Source: Nostoc sp. (GTDB lineage Bacteria; Cyanobacteriota; Cyanobacteriia; Cyanobacteriales; Nostocaceae). Taken from it: a stretch of 64,000 nt of DNA. The position numbers and the translations under genes are program-made. Shown one piece after another: positions 40,295-51,215 of this stretch. Where the stretch lies: positions 64,001 through 128,000 of the forward strand of contig JBALDB010000048.1 of NCBI GenBank assembly GCA_036918135.1, given 5' to 3'. The first letter of the stretch is position 1; every line of letters begins with the position of its first letter. The notes under the pieces are model-generated. The model made no database searches. It was given only the letters and a program-made list of their open reading frames with translations, and was not told where the DNA came from.

Positions 40295-41479
40295 ATGACC
40301 AGAATAGAAACCCGCACTGAACCGATGGTGCTAAATATGGGGCCACACCACCCCTCAATGCACGGGGTTCTGCGGTTAATCATGACTCTGGATGGCGAGG
40401 ATGTCGTTGACTGTGAACCAGTTATTGGCTACCTCCACCGGGGAATGGAAAAAATTGCTGAGAACCGCACTAACGTCATGTACGTCCCCTATGTTAGTCG
40501 CTGGGACTACGCTGCGGGAATGTTCAACGAAGCCGTCACCGTCAACGCGCCGGAAAAGTTAGCAGGTGTTGCTGTTCCCAAACGCGCTAGTTACATCCGC
40601 GTCATCATGCTGGAGTTGAACCGCATCGCTAATCACTTGCTGTGGTTTGGCCCCTTCCTCGCTGACGTTGGCGCTCAAACTCCCTTCTTTTATCAATTCC
40701 GGGAACGGGAGATGATTTATGATTTGTGGGAAGCCGCTACAGGTTACCGGATGGTAAACAACAATTACTTCCGCGTCGGTGGCGTGGCAGTTGATTTACC
40801 TTATGGTTGGGTAGATAAGTGTCTAGAATTCTGCGATTACTTATTACCCAAAATTGATGAGTACGAACGCTTAGTAACTGATAACCCCATCTTCCGGCGA
40901 CGCGTTGAGGGTATTGGTACTATCACCCGTGAAGAAGCACTTAACTGGGGACTTTCTGGCCCCATGTTACGCGCATCTGGGGTAAAGTGGGATTTACGGA
41001 AAGTCGATCATTACGAATGCTACGACGATTTCGACTGGGACGTGCAGTGGGAAACAGCTGGTGATTGCTTTGCCCGTTATGTCGTGCGGATGCGGGAAAT
41101 GCGCGAATCTGTGAAGATTATTCGCCAAGCAATCAAAGGACTTCCTGGTGGCCCTTACGAAAATCTCGAAGCCAAGCGCCTAGCCGCAGGTAAAAAATCT
41201 GAGTGGGACGCATTTGATTACCAGTACATTGGTAAAAAAGTTTCCCCCACCTTCAAAATTCCCAAAGGTGAAATCTACTCTCGTGTAGAAAGTGGTAAAG
41301 GTGAATTGGGAATTTATCTGGTAGGCGATGATAACGTCTTCCCTTTACGCTGGAAGATTCGTGCAGCAGACTTCAACAATCTCCAGATTCTCCCAACTTT
41401 ACTGCGTGGGATGAAAGTTGCAGATATCGTAGTGATTCTCGGCAGTATTGACGTGATCATGGGTTCTGTGGATAGGTAA
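40295..41479 (+). CDS. ndhH: NAD(P)H-quinone oxidoreductase subunit H
   Basis: [25 protein letters not shown]-terminal GSVDR. Confidence 0.98.
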   Translation: MTRIETRTEPMVLNMGPHHPSMHGVLRLIMTLDGEDVVDCEPVIGYLHRGMEKIAENRTNVMYVPYVSRWDYAAGMFNEAVTVNAPEKLAGVAVPKRASYIRVIMLELNRIANHLLWFGPFLADVGAQTPFFYQFREREMIYDLWEAATGYRMVNNNYFRVGGVAVDLPYGWVDKCLEFCDYLLPKIDEYERLVTDNPIFRRRVEGIGTITREEALNWGLSGPMLRASGVKWDLRKVDHYECYDDFDWDVQWETAGDCFARYVVRMREMRESVKIIRQAIKGLPGGPYENLEAKRLAAGKKSEWDAFDYQYIGKKVSPTFKIPKGEIYSRVESGKGELGIYLVGDDNVFPLRWKIRAADFNNLQILPTLLRGMKVADIVVILGSIDVIMGSVDR

Positions 41480-41501
41480 ATTATCAATCTAAGTACTTAT
41501 T

Positions 41502-41538
41502 TAGAGCAGTTGCATCGTAGTACAACTGCTCTATTTTT
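41502..41538 (+). terminator. Intrinsic terminator after ndhH
   Basis: TAGAGCAGTTG / CAACTGCTCTA stem plus a T run. Confidence 0.8.
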
Positions 41539-41734
41539 TATACAGTAGATTTCAATGCCAGTTATGTGATGTTCGGATAATCTGAGTTAGTCAGGTAAAT
41601 AACGAACAACTCAGAGAATCTAGCAACATACAGTAATATTCTCGTGAATTAAGTCACTGTGCATTCAAATCGCGTAGAGTTAAGTAGTGAAGATACTTGC
41701 TAGCACTGATTCTTCTACATAAGGAGAAAAAACT

Positions 41735-42124
41735 GTGAAATTTGGTTACACGGTCATCTGGGTAGACGATGTAGTTAAGACAGTTGAGTTTTACGAAAAA
41801 GCTTTTGGTCTAGTTCGTCGCACTCTTGTGGATAAGGGGCACTTCATTTGGGCTGAAATCGAAACCGGAAACACCACATTGGCTTTCTCCTCCAGTAGCG
41901 AAGCACATAAGTTATTTCCAGGTGGCTTCCATCCCAACGACGCCACACAACCACCGACATTAATCCAGATATCATTTATTACTCCTGATGTTGGCAGCGC
42001 TTATATGAGAGCAATAGGAGCAGGCGCAAAAACATTAGATGCCCCTAAAACCCAGCCTGGAGGACAAACAATTGCTCGCGTCCGCGACCTCAATGGCGTG
42101 CTGGTGTCCTTGGTGAATGTCTAA
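41735..42124 (+). CDS. VOC/glyoxalase family protein
   Basis: VDDVVKTVEFYEKAFG, GQTIARVRDLNG; AAGGAG RBS before GTG. Confidence 0.88.
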   Translation: MKFGYTVIWVDDVVKTVEFYEKAFGLVRRTLVDKGHFIWAEIETGNTTLAFSSSSEAHKLFPGGFHPNDATQPPTLIQISFITPDVGSAYMRAIGAGAKTLDAPKTQPGGQTIARVRDLNGVLVSLVNV

Positions 42125-42444
42125 GTTGCAAATTGCCTTTTAGACTTTAATTTTGCATTGAACGCGATCGCTTGGGCGAGAATCAATACATCAGAAACCA
42201 TTTATAAAGTAAATCTTAAATAGGGTGTGTTACGGCTTTAGCCTAACGCACAGTTTTATATGCGGTATGTTAAGCATTTTTATGATGTTTTTTGTCACAA
42301 ATCATCTCTAAATATGCGCCTAACACAAAAACTTCTGCACTAATGAATAGCTGCAATAAACAACATTTTAATTTTTCTACTTCAGTTAAATTGATTGTGT
42401 TGCTGGCAAGTATTTATTTTGTTCAGTCTCCATTCTCGAATTAT

Positions 42445-43632
42445 ATGAATTCCAATCCTTTGCTGTGTGCAGCCATAGCTAAACAGATTGCCACCAGTGC
42501 CCAACAGCGAATTACTTTCGCTGAATTTATGGATATGGCGCTGTATCACCCCGAACACGGCTATTATTCCAGTGATGCAGTCAAAATTGGCTTTCAAAAT
42601 AGTGATTTTTTCACTTCTCCCAACCTCAGCGCTGACTTTGGCGAATTGCTTGCAGAACAATTTCTACAAATGTGGGAGATTTTAGGGCAACCCGTGCCGT
42701 TTTCTCTAGTAGAAATGGGAGCAGGTCAAGGACTGCTAGCATTGCATATCCTCAAGTATTATCAGCTACACTACCAAGATTTTTTTACCGCCATAGAGTA
42801 TGTGATTGTGGAAAAGTCGCCAACTTTAAGGCAACAACAGCAGCAACGCTTACAAGATTTGCCTGTGCGTTGGTGCAGTCTAGAGGATATCCCAACTGGG
42901 GCGATCGCTGGCTGCTTTTTTTCTAATGAGTTAGTTGATGCCTTCCCAGTGCATCAATTCACTTTAGAAGCAGGACAACTGCAAGAAATTTATCTAACAA
43001 CAGATAAGGATGAAAAAGCAACCAATGCCCCATGCCCATCATTTCTGGAAGTCACAGACAAACCCTCTACACTTGAGTTGGAAAAATATTTTGACTTAGT
43101 GGGAATCGATTTAACTTCAGGTGCATACCCAGATGGTTACCGCAGTGAAATTAATTTAGCTGCTCTAAACTGGTTGAGTATAGTAGCAAACCGCTTGCAA
43201 CGCGGCTATGTGTTAACAATTGATTATGGCTACCCCGCCACTCGCTACTACAATCCCAGGCGATCGCAAGGAACGCTACAGTGTTACTACCACCATCGTT
43301 TCCATGACAACCCCTATATCAATATCGGCCGACAAGATATCACTGCCCATGTTGACTTTACAGCTTTGTCACGCTGGGGCGATCGCTGCGGTTTAGAGAA
43401 CATTGGTTTTATCCAGCAAGGACTATTTTTGATGGCGTTGGGATTAGGCAAACGAATTGCTGCTATTTCCTCTCAAAAGCAACCCCTCTCGCAATTACTA
43501 CAGCGGCGGGACGCACTACATCAGCTTTTAGATCCTACAGGACTAGGTGGTTTTGGAGTCTTAATTCAGAGTAAAAATCTCGACAAAACAGAAATTTCTC
43601 AACCACTAAAAGGATTGACCCTGCCAGAGTAA
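42445..43632 (+). CDS. SAM-dependent methyltransferase, MidA/NDUFAF7 family
   Basis: ITFAEFMDMALY...GYY, DFFTSP, EMGAGQG, SNELVDAFP, IDYG, QDITAHVDF. Confidence 0.92.
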   Translation: MNSNPLLCAAIAKQIATSAQQRITFAEFMDMALYHPEHGYYSSDAVKIGFQNSDFFTSPNLSADFGELLAEQFLQMWEILGQPVPFSLVEMGAGQGLLALHILKYYQLHYQDFFTAIEYVIVEKSPTLRQQQQQRLQDLPVRWCSLEDIPTGAIAGCFFSNELVDAFPVHQFTLEAGQLQEIYLTTDKDEKATNAPCPSFLEVTDKPSTLELEKYFDLVGIDLTSGAYPDGYRSEINLAALNWLSIVANRLQRGYVLTIDYGYPATRYYNPRRSQGTLQCYYHHRFHDNPYINIGRQDITAHVDFTALSRWGDRCGLENIGFIQQGLFLMALGLGKRIAAISSQKQPLSQLLQRRDALHQLLDPTGLGGFGVLIQSKNLDKTEISQPLKGLTLPE

Positions 43633-43742
43633 ACCTAAATTTTGAAAAGTTAAAACTCTATTTAAGAATGCAGTATTAGTTTTATTTAGACTAGCATAAC
43701 AGTAATTACTGTAAACTTAAACACAATCGGCAAGTAATAATT

Positions 43743-43838
43743 ATGTCTGCTCATGACCTATTAATGTTAGTAACACTACTTACTCCAGGGATTTTGCTTT
43801 CAGTTTTGATTATGCTGACTTTTGCCGCAGGTGGCTGA
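43743..43838 (+). CDS. 31-aa single-TM microprotein (not in the ORF track)
   Basis: MSAHDLLMLVTLLTPGILLSVLIMLTFAAGG*; uniformly hydrophobic and GC-richer than its AT-rich flanks. Confidence 0.65.
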   Translation: MSAHDLLMLVTLLTPGILLSVLIMLTFAAGG

Positions 43839-44026
43839 AGTAATCAGTTATTAGTTATTAGTTACAGCCGATCTCAAGGAAGATGAAGTGTACAAACTAG
43901 GTTTAATAGCCAGGTATAAAGCCTATTTTCTTCTGAATTATGTTGTATTAATAATAACTGATAATTCTTGTGAAAACGCAATATCTACAAAGACTACGCC
44001 TACGCTGTACCAGAGGAACGTAAAAA

Positions 44027-44905
44027 ATGAAGGTAGCATTTCTGGGAACTGGACTGATGGGACTACCAATGGCTCAAAGGTTATTAGCCGCAGATATACA
44101 GCTAGTTGCCTATAATCGCACCCCAGAAAAATTAGCACCACTCCAAGCAGCTGGGGCTGAAATTGTTACACACCCCCGCTACGCCATTCATGCTGCTGAG
44201 TATGTAATCCTGATGCTTACTAATGCCCCAGCCATTTATAATGTCTTGCTTTCAGATAGAGCTTCGCAAACTCTCAAAGGGCGCACTATTATCCAAATGG
44301 GAACTATTACTCCCACGCAAAGCCAGGAAATTAGAGATGCAGTTGTTGCAGGTGGTGGTGAGTATATGGAAGCACCTGTATTAGGAAGTATTCCCGAAGC
44401 AAAAGCAGGCAAGTTGATTGTTATGGTAGGCGCAGAACCAGAACAATATCAACGCCACTTGAACTTACTGCAAAATTTTGGCACAGAACCTTTACTTGTC
44501 GGGCCTGTGGGGACTGCGGCGGGGCTAAAATTGGCACTCAATCAACTAATAGCTTCCCTAACAAGTAGCTTCGCTCTGAGTCTGGCTTTTGTCCAGCGTC
44601 AAGGTGTGAATGTGGATATGTTTATGCAAATCTTGCGCGACAGTTCACTTTATGCGCCTACCTTTGATAAAAAACTACAACGGATGTTGGATGGTAATTA
44701 TACCGATCCTAATTTCCCTATGAAACACTTGCTCAAAGATACAGAATTGTTTATCTGTGAAGCAAAGTCTCTAAGTTTAGATCTCAGTAGTATTAAAGGA
44801 GTGCGACAAATCTTGCAAACAGCCATGAAAATGTCATTTGCTGAAGATGATTATTCATCACTATTTGCTGTGATTAAAGAATGGGGAGAAGCGGTCGGTG
44901 ATTGA
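44027..44905 (+). CDS. 3-hydroxyisobutyrate dehydrogenase / glyoxylate reductase family oxidoreductase
   Basis: FLGTGLMG, YNRT, EAPVLGS, KLALN, KD motifs; GAGG RBS. Confidence 0.92.
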   Translation: MKVAFLGTGLMGLPMAQRLLAADIQLVAYNRTPEKLAPLQAAGAEIVTHPRYAIHAAEYVILMLTNAPAIYNVLLSDRASQTLKGRTIIQMGTITPTQSQEIRDAVVAGGGEYMEAPVLGSIPEAKAGKLIVMVGAEPEQYQRHLNLLQNFGTEPLLVGPVGTAAGLKLALNQLIASLTSSFALSLAFVQRQGVNVDMFMQILRDSSLYAPTFDKKLQRMLDGNYTDPNFPMKHLLKDTELFICEAKSLSLDLSSIKGVRQILQTAMKMSFAEDDYSSLFAVIKEWGEAVGD

Positions 44906-45065
44906 AGATTAGGCATTATCAGCTTTAATTTGGTAAGGTGCGTTATGAGTAACATCCATAACGCACTAAAAATTTGGGATGATACCCTACCCTGGGCAAT
45001 AACACACCCGACAAGTTTTCTGAACAAAGCGTAATATTTTATACGCAACTTCCAAATATAAACAA

Positions 45066-47129
45066 TTACTGACCAGTACTAGTCGTTGATGGCGACGATT
45101 CGGGAGACTCCACTGGAGGCGAAGGTTCTGGTTGAGGATTGAGAAATTGCTGCCAAGTCTTAATTTGGTCTTGTGCCGCATTATAAGCAGCACTACCGCG
45201 GGGAATGGACTTGGCAATCGCAATTCCTCTAGCAATATCAGACTGACCTTGAGAACGTGCTATGTCTAATAATTGCTGACTCCATTGGTCAATGGCGAGA
45301 TTGGCATCCATGCGGAGGATACTATTATTTGAAACCCGATCTGCTAATCGTATTGCCTCAACCAAAGCTTCTGGCGTGCCAATAGTCGCCGTCTCCTGGG
45401 CTTTTCTCCAGTTTTCTCTAGTGCGGATTTGCCCTTGCCAGTCATCAATAGCGGTTTGTGCTTCGCCAGAAAGCGACCTTCCTGAGGATGCGATTTGTTG
45501 AGCTGCACTAATAGCAGCAGTGAGATTTCCACTCTGAGCCAGTTCTCGTGCCTGATCTAAGTAGGGTTGGTCTTCAATTTGCTGAATTTTTGCTGTCCAA
45601 GTGCGAATTTTTCTGCGTGCTTCTGGATATAATGCACGACCACTACGGATTTGGCTAGCTTGGGCGATCGCAGCTTGTAATGAGTTAATATCCTCAAATA
45701 TTGCTATCTGTTCGGCACGTTCTAAATAAGGTTGGTCTTCGATTGTTTCTATTTGGGCACGCCAGCGACTCATTTCTTGCCTAGCTTCTGTTCCTCTGGG
45801 GTTACTAGCAGGGATGAGTTGTGCTTGGGCGATCGCTGCTGTTAAATTATTGACTGTTCCTTGACTAGCCAATACTCTGGCTTTTTCTAGATGGGCAACA
45901 TCTTCGATTTCTAGCTGCCAACGAGCAATTAACTGCTGCGCTTCCTCATATACTGGTCTTGAAGGATCGATTTGTTGTGCTTGGGCGATCGCTGCTTCTA
46001 AACCAGAAACGTTACCTAGCCAAGCACTTCTTTTGGCATCGGCTATGGCGATAAAGTCATCTGTTTCGGCTTGGAGTTTCGTACTTTCGGGAATTTGTCT
46101 AGCAATATTCAGTGCTTCATCTGCATCTCGCTGGTCTAGTTTTGTCTGTGCCAACGCCAGCATTTTACGTCCAAATGCCGGAATCGCTTCTTGAGCTTTT
46201 TGGTAAAGGTAACTTTCTTGCCCAATGGACTCGGCAAGCTTAATCGCTTCTAGTAAATTATCAACAACTTTGCTGTTTGCTAAACTTTCGGCTTTTCCTA
46301 ACTTATCGCCATCTTCGCGGGCTGTGGCAATGATGTGATTCAATTGGTCGTATTTAGTACCTGCCCAGTACTGATTATCTACACGTAGCATTCTCGCGGA
46401 CAGCATAAACGCCGATTGCCAGTGTCGTTCGCGTACTTCAGCGATCGCAGTGTTGTAAATACCATCTGCCTTCGACCAAATTGTTTGCCATTTATCAATT
46501 TGCTCGTTTACTAGTTTATAGGCTGCAACTTCTTCTGGTATTTTGCGAGCAGTGGCGATTGCTTCCTCTAAATTTCCTGTTTGGAAACTTTGATCGGCTA
46601 GCTTCAAAATATCCCGCGACCATTCTTCGATGAAACGATTAATTTCTGCGTGTAACGGGTGATTTTTTGGTAATTCCTTCACCAGAGCGATCGCTTGCAA
46701 CAGGTCATTCACTGTATCTTTAGAAGCCGCCAACTGAGCGCAGTGCAACCGTACCGAAGCACTAGCTAGAGGCCAGAAAATAGATGGGCAATTAGGGGCA
46801 GCCGGCAACTTCAGCAGCATTGCCATTGCTAAGAATGCTACACTGCCAGGAATCGAAATTAACAAAAATGACCACAATATCCAACTTTTCGTCCAGCGTG
46901 GCCATTTCCGATAACTTTTACTGGCTTGGGTAGTTTCTTGTGAGTGACTATCTTTGCCAACAGAATTGTTTTGCTTTCGCCGCTTCACTGACTTGGAGTT
47001 AGAATCAGTAGCTGGCACATCAAATGGTTGAGTTTCACCGAATTGCTCTATTCGGGATAATCTGGTATTTTGATCTGGCTCTCTTGCTCTGCCTCCTGAC
47101 CAACCGTCTGGAATATCCCGCTCTGTCAT
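45066..47129 (-). CDS. Membrane-anchored alpha-helical repeat protein (hypothetical)
   Basis: One TM segment, PNCPSIFWP motif, repeated L.AAI..A..I...Y.EA...I..W units. Confidence 0.8.
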   Translation of the reverse strand: MTERDIPDGWSGGRAREPDQNTRLSRIEQFGETQPFDVPATDSNSKSVKRRKQNNSVGKDSHSQETTQASKSYRKWPRWTKSWILWSFLLISIPGSVAFLAMAMLLKLPAAPNCPSIFWPLASASVRLHCAQLAASKDTVNDLLQAIALVKELPKNHPLHAEINRFIEEWSRDILKLADQSFQTGNLEEAIATARKIPEEVAAYKLVNEQIDKWQTIWSKADGIYNTAIAEVRERHWQSAFMLSARMLRVDNQYWAGTKYDQLNHIIATAREDGDKLGKAESLANSKVVDNLLEAIKLAESIGQESYLYQKAQEAIPAFGRKMLALAQTKLDQRDADEALNIARQIPESTKLQAETDDFIAIADAKRSAWLGNVSGLEAAIAQAQQIDPSRPVYEEAQQLIARWQLEIEDVAHLEKARVLASQGTVNNLTAAIAQAQLIPASNPRGTEARQEMSRWRAQIETIEDQPYLERAEQIAIFEDINSLQAAIAQASQIRSGRALYPEARRKIRTWTAKIQQIEDQPYLDQARELAQSGNLTAAISAAQQIASSGRSLSGEAQTAIDDWQGQIRTRENWRKAQETATIGTPEALVEAIRLADRVSNNSILRMDANLAIDQWSQQLLDIARSQGQSDIARGIAIAKSIPRGSAAYNAAQDQIKTWQQFLNPQPEPSPPVESPESSPSTTSTGQ

Positions 47130-47190
47130 TTCTCACACCAAAATAATTGAATAGCTTTCTGTTTTAGGTCGATAATTCCATTGTTGCCAT

Positions 47191-47225
47191 AGTAGCTTTC
47201 TCACGATTAAAAAGCTACTTTTTTA
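47191..47225. terminator. Hairpin downstream of hslO
   Basis: AGTAGCTTT / AAAGCTACT inverted repeat. Confidence 0.5.
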
Positions 47226-47264
47226 ATTATTTACCCCCACAGATACCATTAAAACTCTAAAATT

Positions 47265-48188
47265 TTAGTCTTGTTTTATACTTTCTCCTGAAATAGTAGA
47301 TTCAGCTTGCAAATCGGCAATTAGCTGAGCTAAGCGCTCGCTACTTGCGTGATAAACGTTGCCGCAAAAATCGCAAGTTGCTTCAGCACCATCATCTTTA
47401 ATAATCATATCTTGCAGTTCGGCTTCTCCTAAAATTTTGAGTGCCCCCAAAGCGCGATCGAAAGAACAACCGCAGTGGAAGCGCAGCATTTGCCTTTCGG
47501 GAAAGATTACTAGACCCATATCTCCTAGCAAGTCGTCAAATATTTCAGGTAACGTTTTCCCAGCTTGTAACAACGGCGTAAATCCTGCTAAGCCAGCTAC
47601 TCGTGATTCTAGTTTTTCTACTAACGCTTCATCTTTTGCAGCTTTCGGTAACACTTGTACCAGTAATCCTCCAGCAGCCGTTACTCCTTCTGCTCCCACA
47701 AATACGCCCAAAACTAAAGCTGAAGGAGTTTGTTCAGAATTTACCAAATAATGAGCGACATCATCGCCAATTTCCCCAGAAACTAGTTCTACAGTACTAG
47801 AGTAAGGAAAACCATAACCGATATCCCGAACAACGTAGAGGTAACCGCTACCCACTGCACCACCAACGTCTAGCTTACCTTTAGCATTGGGAGGCAATTC
47901 CACAGATGGATTCGCCACATATCCACGTACAGTGCCATCTAAACCTGCATCTACCAATATGCCACCCAAAGGTCCATCGCCCTTGACCCGGACGTTAACC
48001 CTCGACCCAGTACGCTTCATGTTAGAAGCCATCAACAAGCCTGCTGCCATCGTCCGCCCTAGTGCTGCTGTTGCTACATAGGAAAGTTTGTGTCGCCCTC
48101 GTGCTTCTTCTGTTAAACGTGTGGTAATTACGCCTACAGCACGAATTCCACCTTCGGCTGCTGTCGCACGAATTAACTGATCCGCCAT
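47265..48188 (-). CDS. hslO: Hsp33 redox-regulated chaperone
   Basis: MADQLIRA, YLVNSEQTPS, CGCS...CDFC zinc motif. Confidence 0.96.
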   Translation of the reverse strand: MADQLIRATAAEGGIRAVGVITTRLTEEARGRHKLSYVATAALGRTMAAGLLMASNMKRTGSRVNVRVKGDGPLGGILVDAGLDGTVRGYVANPSVELPPNAKGKLDVGGAVGSGYLYVVRDIGYGFPYSSTVELVSGEIGDDVAHYLVNSEQTPSALVLGVFVGAEGVTAAGGLLVQVLPKAAKDEALVEKLESRVAGLAGFTPLLQAGKTLPEIFDDLLGDMGLVIFPERQMLRFHCGCSFDRALGALKILGEAELQDMIIKDDGAEATCDFCGNVYHASSERLAQLIADLQAESTISGESIKQD

Positions 48189-48617
48189 GAATAACCTTAC
48201 ATTTCTTAACAAGTCCACCTTTATATTCTAAGTTCTCTATTGATAGATAAGTAATGTAGTAGGTGTTACGCAAATAAACGGCTGTTGTTAGTTATTAGTC
48301 ATTAGCACTATATTTATTACTGCAAAAAATAAAAATGTTTGTAAGTTAGGTTGAACGTAGTGAAACTCAACAAAACCAGGGATTTTTCGTGTTGGGTTTC
48401 GTTGCTCAAATGCCATTCCATTTGCTACCCTACGGATTCTCCGTATCCTATGGGGAAGCAAGGCTGGGCGTAGCGTCTGGTAGAGTTGGAGTACAAGTTG
48501 GGAAACTTAACGCCAGGTTATTAGTTATTTGCAAATGACCAATGACCAATGACTAATGACAAAAACTATTTGCAATATTAGAGATAGCGATGTCTCACCT
48601 TTAGGTAATCCTGGAAA

Positions 48618-48995
48618 ATGCTGGGTAATTTTCAACAAAGCCAACTGCGGATCGAAATTGAAGCACCAACAGATGCAATTCGTGACAGTCTATTGCATCC
48701 AGCGCAACTAGCAAAATGGCTTGTAGGGCAACGCTTTGCGCCAGGAATGCCAGAAGAATTGCTTCCTGGATTTGAGTTTACTACCTGGACTGGGCCAGTT
48801 CCGATTCATCATCAAGTGGACGTTGTGAAATCCAATTGCCTCCGCTTACTACTGTCGGGAGGTATTGATGGGTTTCACGAATGGTACTGGGGAGAAGGTT
48901 GGATACAGTCCCGCTTGGAAGGAGTCTCACTCTTGCCGTTGAATTTGGGTCAAACCCTGAATTTGTTGAGTTTGCGTCAATTTTTAGCAAATTAA
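48618..48995 (+). CDS. Hypothetical protein (possible SRPBCC/START-like fold)
   Basis: 125-aa ORF; RIEIEAP...LAKW and GIDGFHEWYW. Confidence 0.7.
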   Translation: MLGNFQQSQLRIEIEAPTDAIRDSLLHPAQLAKWLVGQRFAPGMPEELLPGFEFTTWTGPVPIHHQVDVVKSNCLRLLLSGGIDGFHEWYWGEGWIQSRLEGVSLLPLNLGQTLNLLSLRQFLAN

Positions 48996-49123
48996 AAACA
49001 TTGAATGCAGTGGATGTGAAGGTATGAGTGTGGGAGGGATGGGAAGGTTTTTATAATTTCCCCATACTCCCTTTCTTTGTCCTGTTGCGATCGCCGCATT
49101 ATCTTATTTGCTTTGACTTGATT

Positions 49124-49549
49124 CTAATCCGGCTTTACCACTAATACCGAACAATGAGCTTCTTCCACAACTTGACTGCTAACAGAACCCTGAACAATTC
49201 GCTTCATCCCCATCAATCCGCGACTGCCTATTACAATCAAGTCAGTTTTGTAGATATTGGCAAGGCGAATAATCTCTTCTGCGGGATCGCCGGTGACCAA
49301 TTCTAACTCACTAGTAACTGATAAGTTTTCCTGATATGACTGTAGCTGTTTTTCAATATGAAAATAAGAAAATGCTGGGGACTCAGACTGAGGACGATCT
49401 GCGGCTAATTCAAGCTCTGACTCTGATGTAGGAAATACATGGCAAAGAATAACCTTGGCATCTTTTGAAAACGCCAAATCATCTAAAGTCTGGATTACTC
49501 GTTCTGCTATTTCCGAACCGTCCAGAGCTACCAAAACATTCTTTACCAC
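49124..49549 (-). CDS. Universal stress protein
   Basis: VLVALDGS, GDPAEEI, DLIVIGSRG, GSVS, CSVLVV. Confidence 0.94.
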   Translation of the reverse strand: MVKNVLVALDGSEIAERVIQTLDDLAFSKDAKVILCHVFPTSESELELAADRPQSESPAFSYFHIEKQLQSYQENLSVTSELELVTGDPAEEIIRLANIYKTDLIVIGSRGLMGMKRIVQGSVSSQVVEEAHCSVLVVKPD

Positions 49550-49913
49550 CGCTCTCGTCTCCTAAAGAGTAGACCCCTTAATAATAAGTATCTAGCAAAA
49601 TTAGTTGGTAGTTACACTCAACCAATTTTTTATTTGCCAACTCAGTTTATTGATTCAAAGTTAAGCCAGGGCTAGTTTGAGACCACTTTACCGCTAGTGT
49701 GTTCTAGCAAATGGCGTCGTGTAAAACCTTTTCACCAATTAATTTAAAAAGGTAACCTCTTTCTTCGGAACTGGAATCTGGCAATACCCAACTTCTGCCG
49801 CAACTGCTATCGGCAATGCAAAGCATTACCGTAGGTATCGCTGTCCAAAGTTTTAGTTTGAAGCTATCGAATGACTTTTGCCAAAACCATTAGAAAAAAT
49901 TAAGCATTCTCAA

Positions 49914-51215
49914 TCACTCTTCTTGCTTAATTCGGCGTCGGACTGAATCAGCATGAGAAGGTAAGCCCTCCGCTGTTGCTAGCACATCAATAGCACTAGC
50001 CACATTTTGCAATGCGGTTTGCGAGTATTGAATAATACTAGAATGTTTGAGGAAAGTTTCTACCCCTAATGCCGAAGCGTATCTAGCAGCACCAGAAGTT
50101 GGCAAGGTATGGTTAGGGCCTGCCAAATAGTCTCCTACTGCTTCTGGTGTCGAGTAACCCAAAAAGATTGCTCCAGCATGGCGAATCTGTGGTAATAATG
50201 CCCAAGGGTCTTTGACTTCTAATTCTAAATGTTCTGGGGCAAATTCGTTGGAGAGTTCTGCTGCTGCTGCCAAAGATTCCACAACGATAATCAAGCCGTA
50301 ATGAGCGATCGCTTTTTCTGTATCTATTCGCCGAGGGTGATCGACTAGCTGTCTTTCCAAAGCTACTTGCACGTTCTTGGCCAAAGCAGCATCCGTGGTC
50401 AGCAAAATAGCTGCCGCCATCGGATCGTGTTCGGCTTGGGCTAATAAGTCAGCAGCTACATACACTGGGTTGGCAGTTTCATCCGCAATCACCAGCACTT
50501 CGGAAGGGCCTGCCAAAGAATCAATTCCGACGATGCCGTAAACAAGTTTTTTTGCTAAGGTGACATAAATGTTACCAGGCCCAGTAATCACATTCACTTT
50601 GGGAATAGTTTCTGTGCCGTATGCTAAAGCAGCGATCGCTTGTGCCCCCCCAATGCGATAAATTTCTTGCACCCCTGCTTCTTGAGCAGCTACCAGAACT
50701 GCTGGGTTAACTGCTCCACCCGGCCCTGGTGGTGTTACCATGACTACATGAGGTACACCAGCTACCTTTGCCGGAATTGCATTCATCAGTACTGTACTGG
50801 GATAAGAGGCGCGACCGCCAGGCACATACAACCCCGCTCGGTCTACCGGGGTGTAACGTTTGCCGAGTACTACTTCATCGTCGCCAAAGTGTACCCAGCT
50901 TTTCGGTACTCGCTGACGATGAAATGCTTCAATTTGGCGGCAAGCTAGCCGAACTGCGCCCAACAACTCCTTGGACACCTGTTGATAGGCTGCATCCAGT
51001 TCCGAGCCTGTAACACGAAGTTCTTCTGGCTTGAGGGTTTGTTTATCAAATTCGGCGGTGTAATGCAATACAGCTTTGTCGCCTTGGCGCTTAACTGCTT
51101 GCAAAACTTCCCGTACCGTTGCTTCTTTGTTGGGCACCTGTTCGTCATGGGTGCGATCGCAGATCCGTTGTAGTTCTGCTCTGACGTCTGCCTGCTGAGT
51201 AATGATTCGCAGCAT
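49914..51215 (-). CDS. hisD: Histidinol dehydrogenase
   Basis: GLYVPGG, GPGNIYV, AGPSE, AQAEHD, APEHL, GDYLAGPNHTLPT. Confidence 0.97.
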   Translation of the reverse strand: MLRIITQQADVRAELQRICDRTHDEQVPNKEATVREVLQAVKRQGDKAVLHYTAEFDKQTLKPEELRVTGSELDAAYQQVSKELLGAVRLACRQIEAFHRQRVPKSWVHFGDDEVVLGKRYTPVDRAGLYVPGGRASYPSTVLMNAIPAKVAGVPHVVMVTPPGPGGAVNPAVLVAAQEAGVQEIYRIGGAQAIAALAYGTETIPKVNVITGPGNIYVTLAKKLVYGIVGIDSLAGPSEVLVIADETANPVYVAADLLAQAEHDPMAAAILLTTDAALAKNVQVALERQLVDHPRRIDTEKAIAHYGLIIVVESLAAAAELSNEFAPEHLELEVKDPWALLPQIRHAGAIFLGYSTPEAVGDYLAGPNHTLPTSGAARYASALGVETFLKHSSIIQYSQTALQNVASAIDVLATAEGLPSHADSVRRRIKQEE

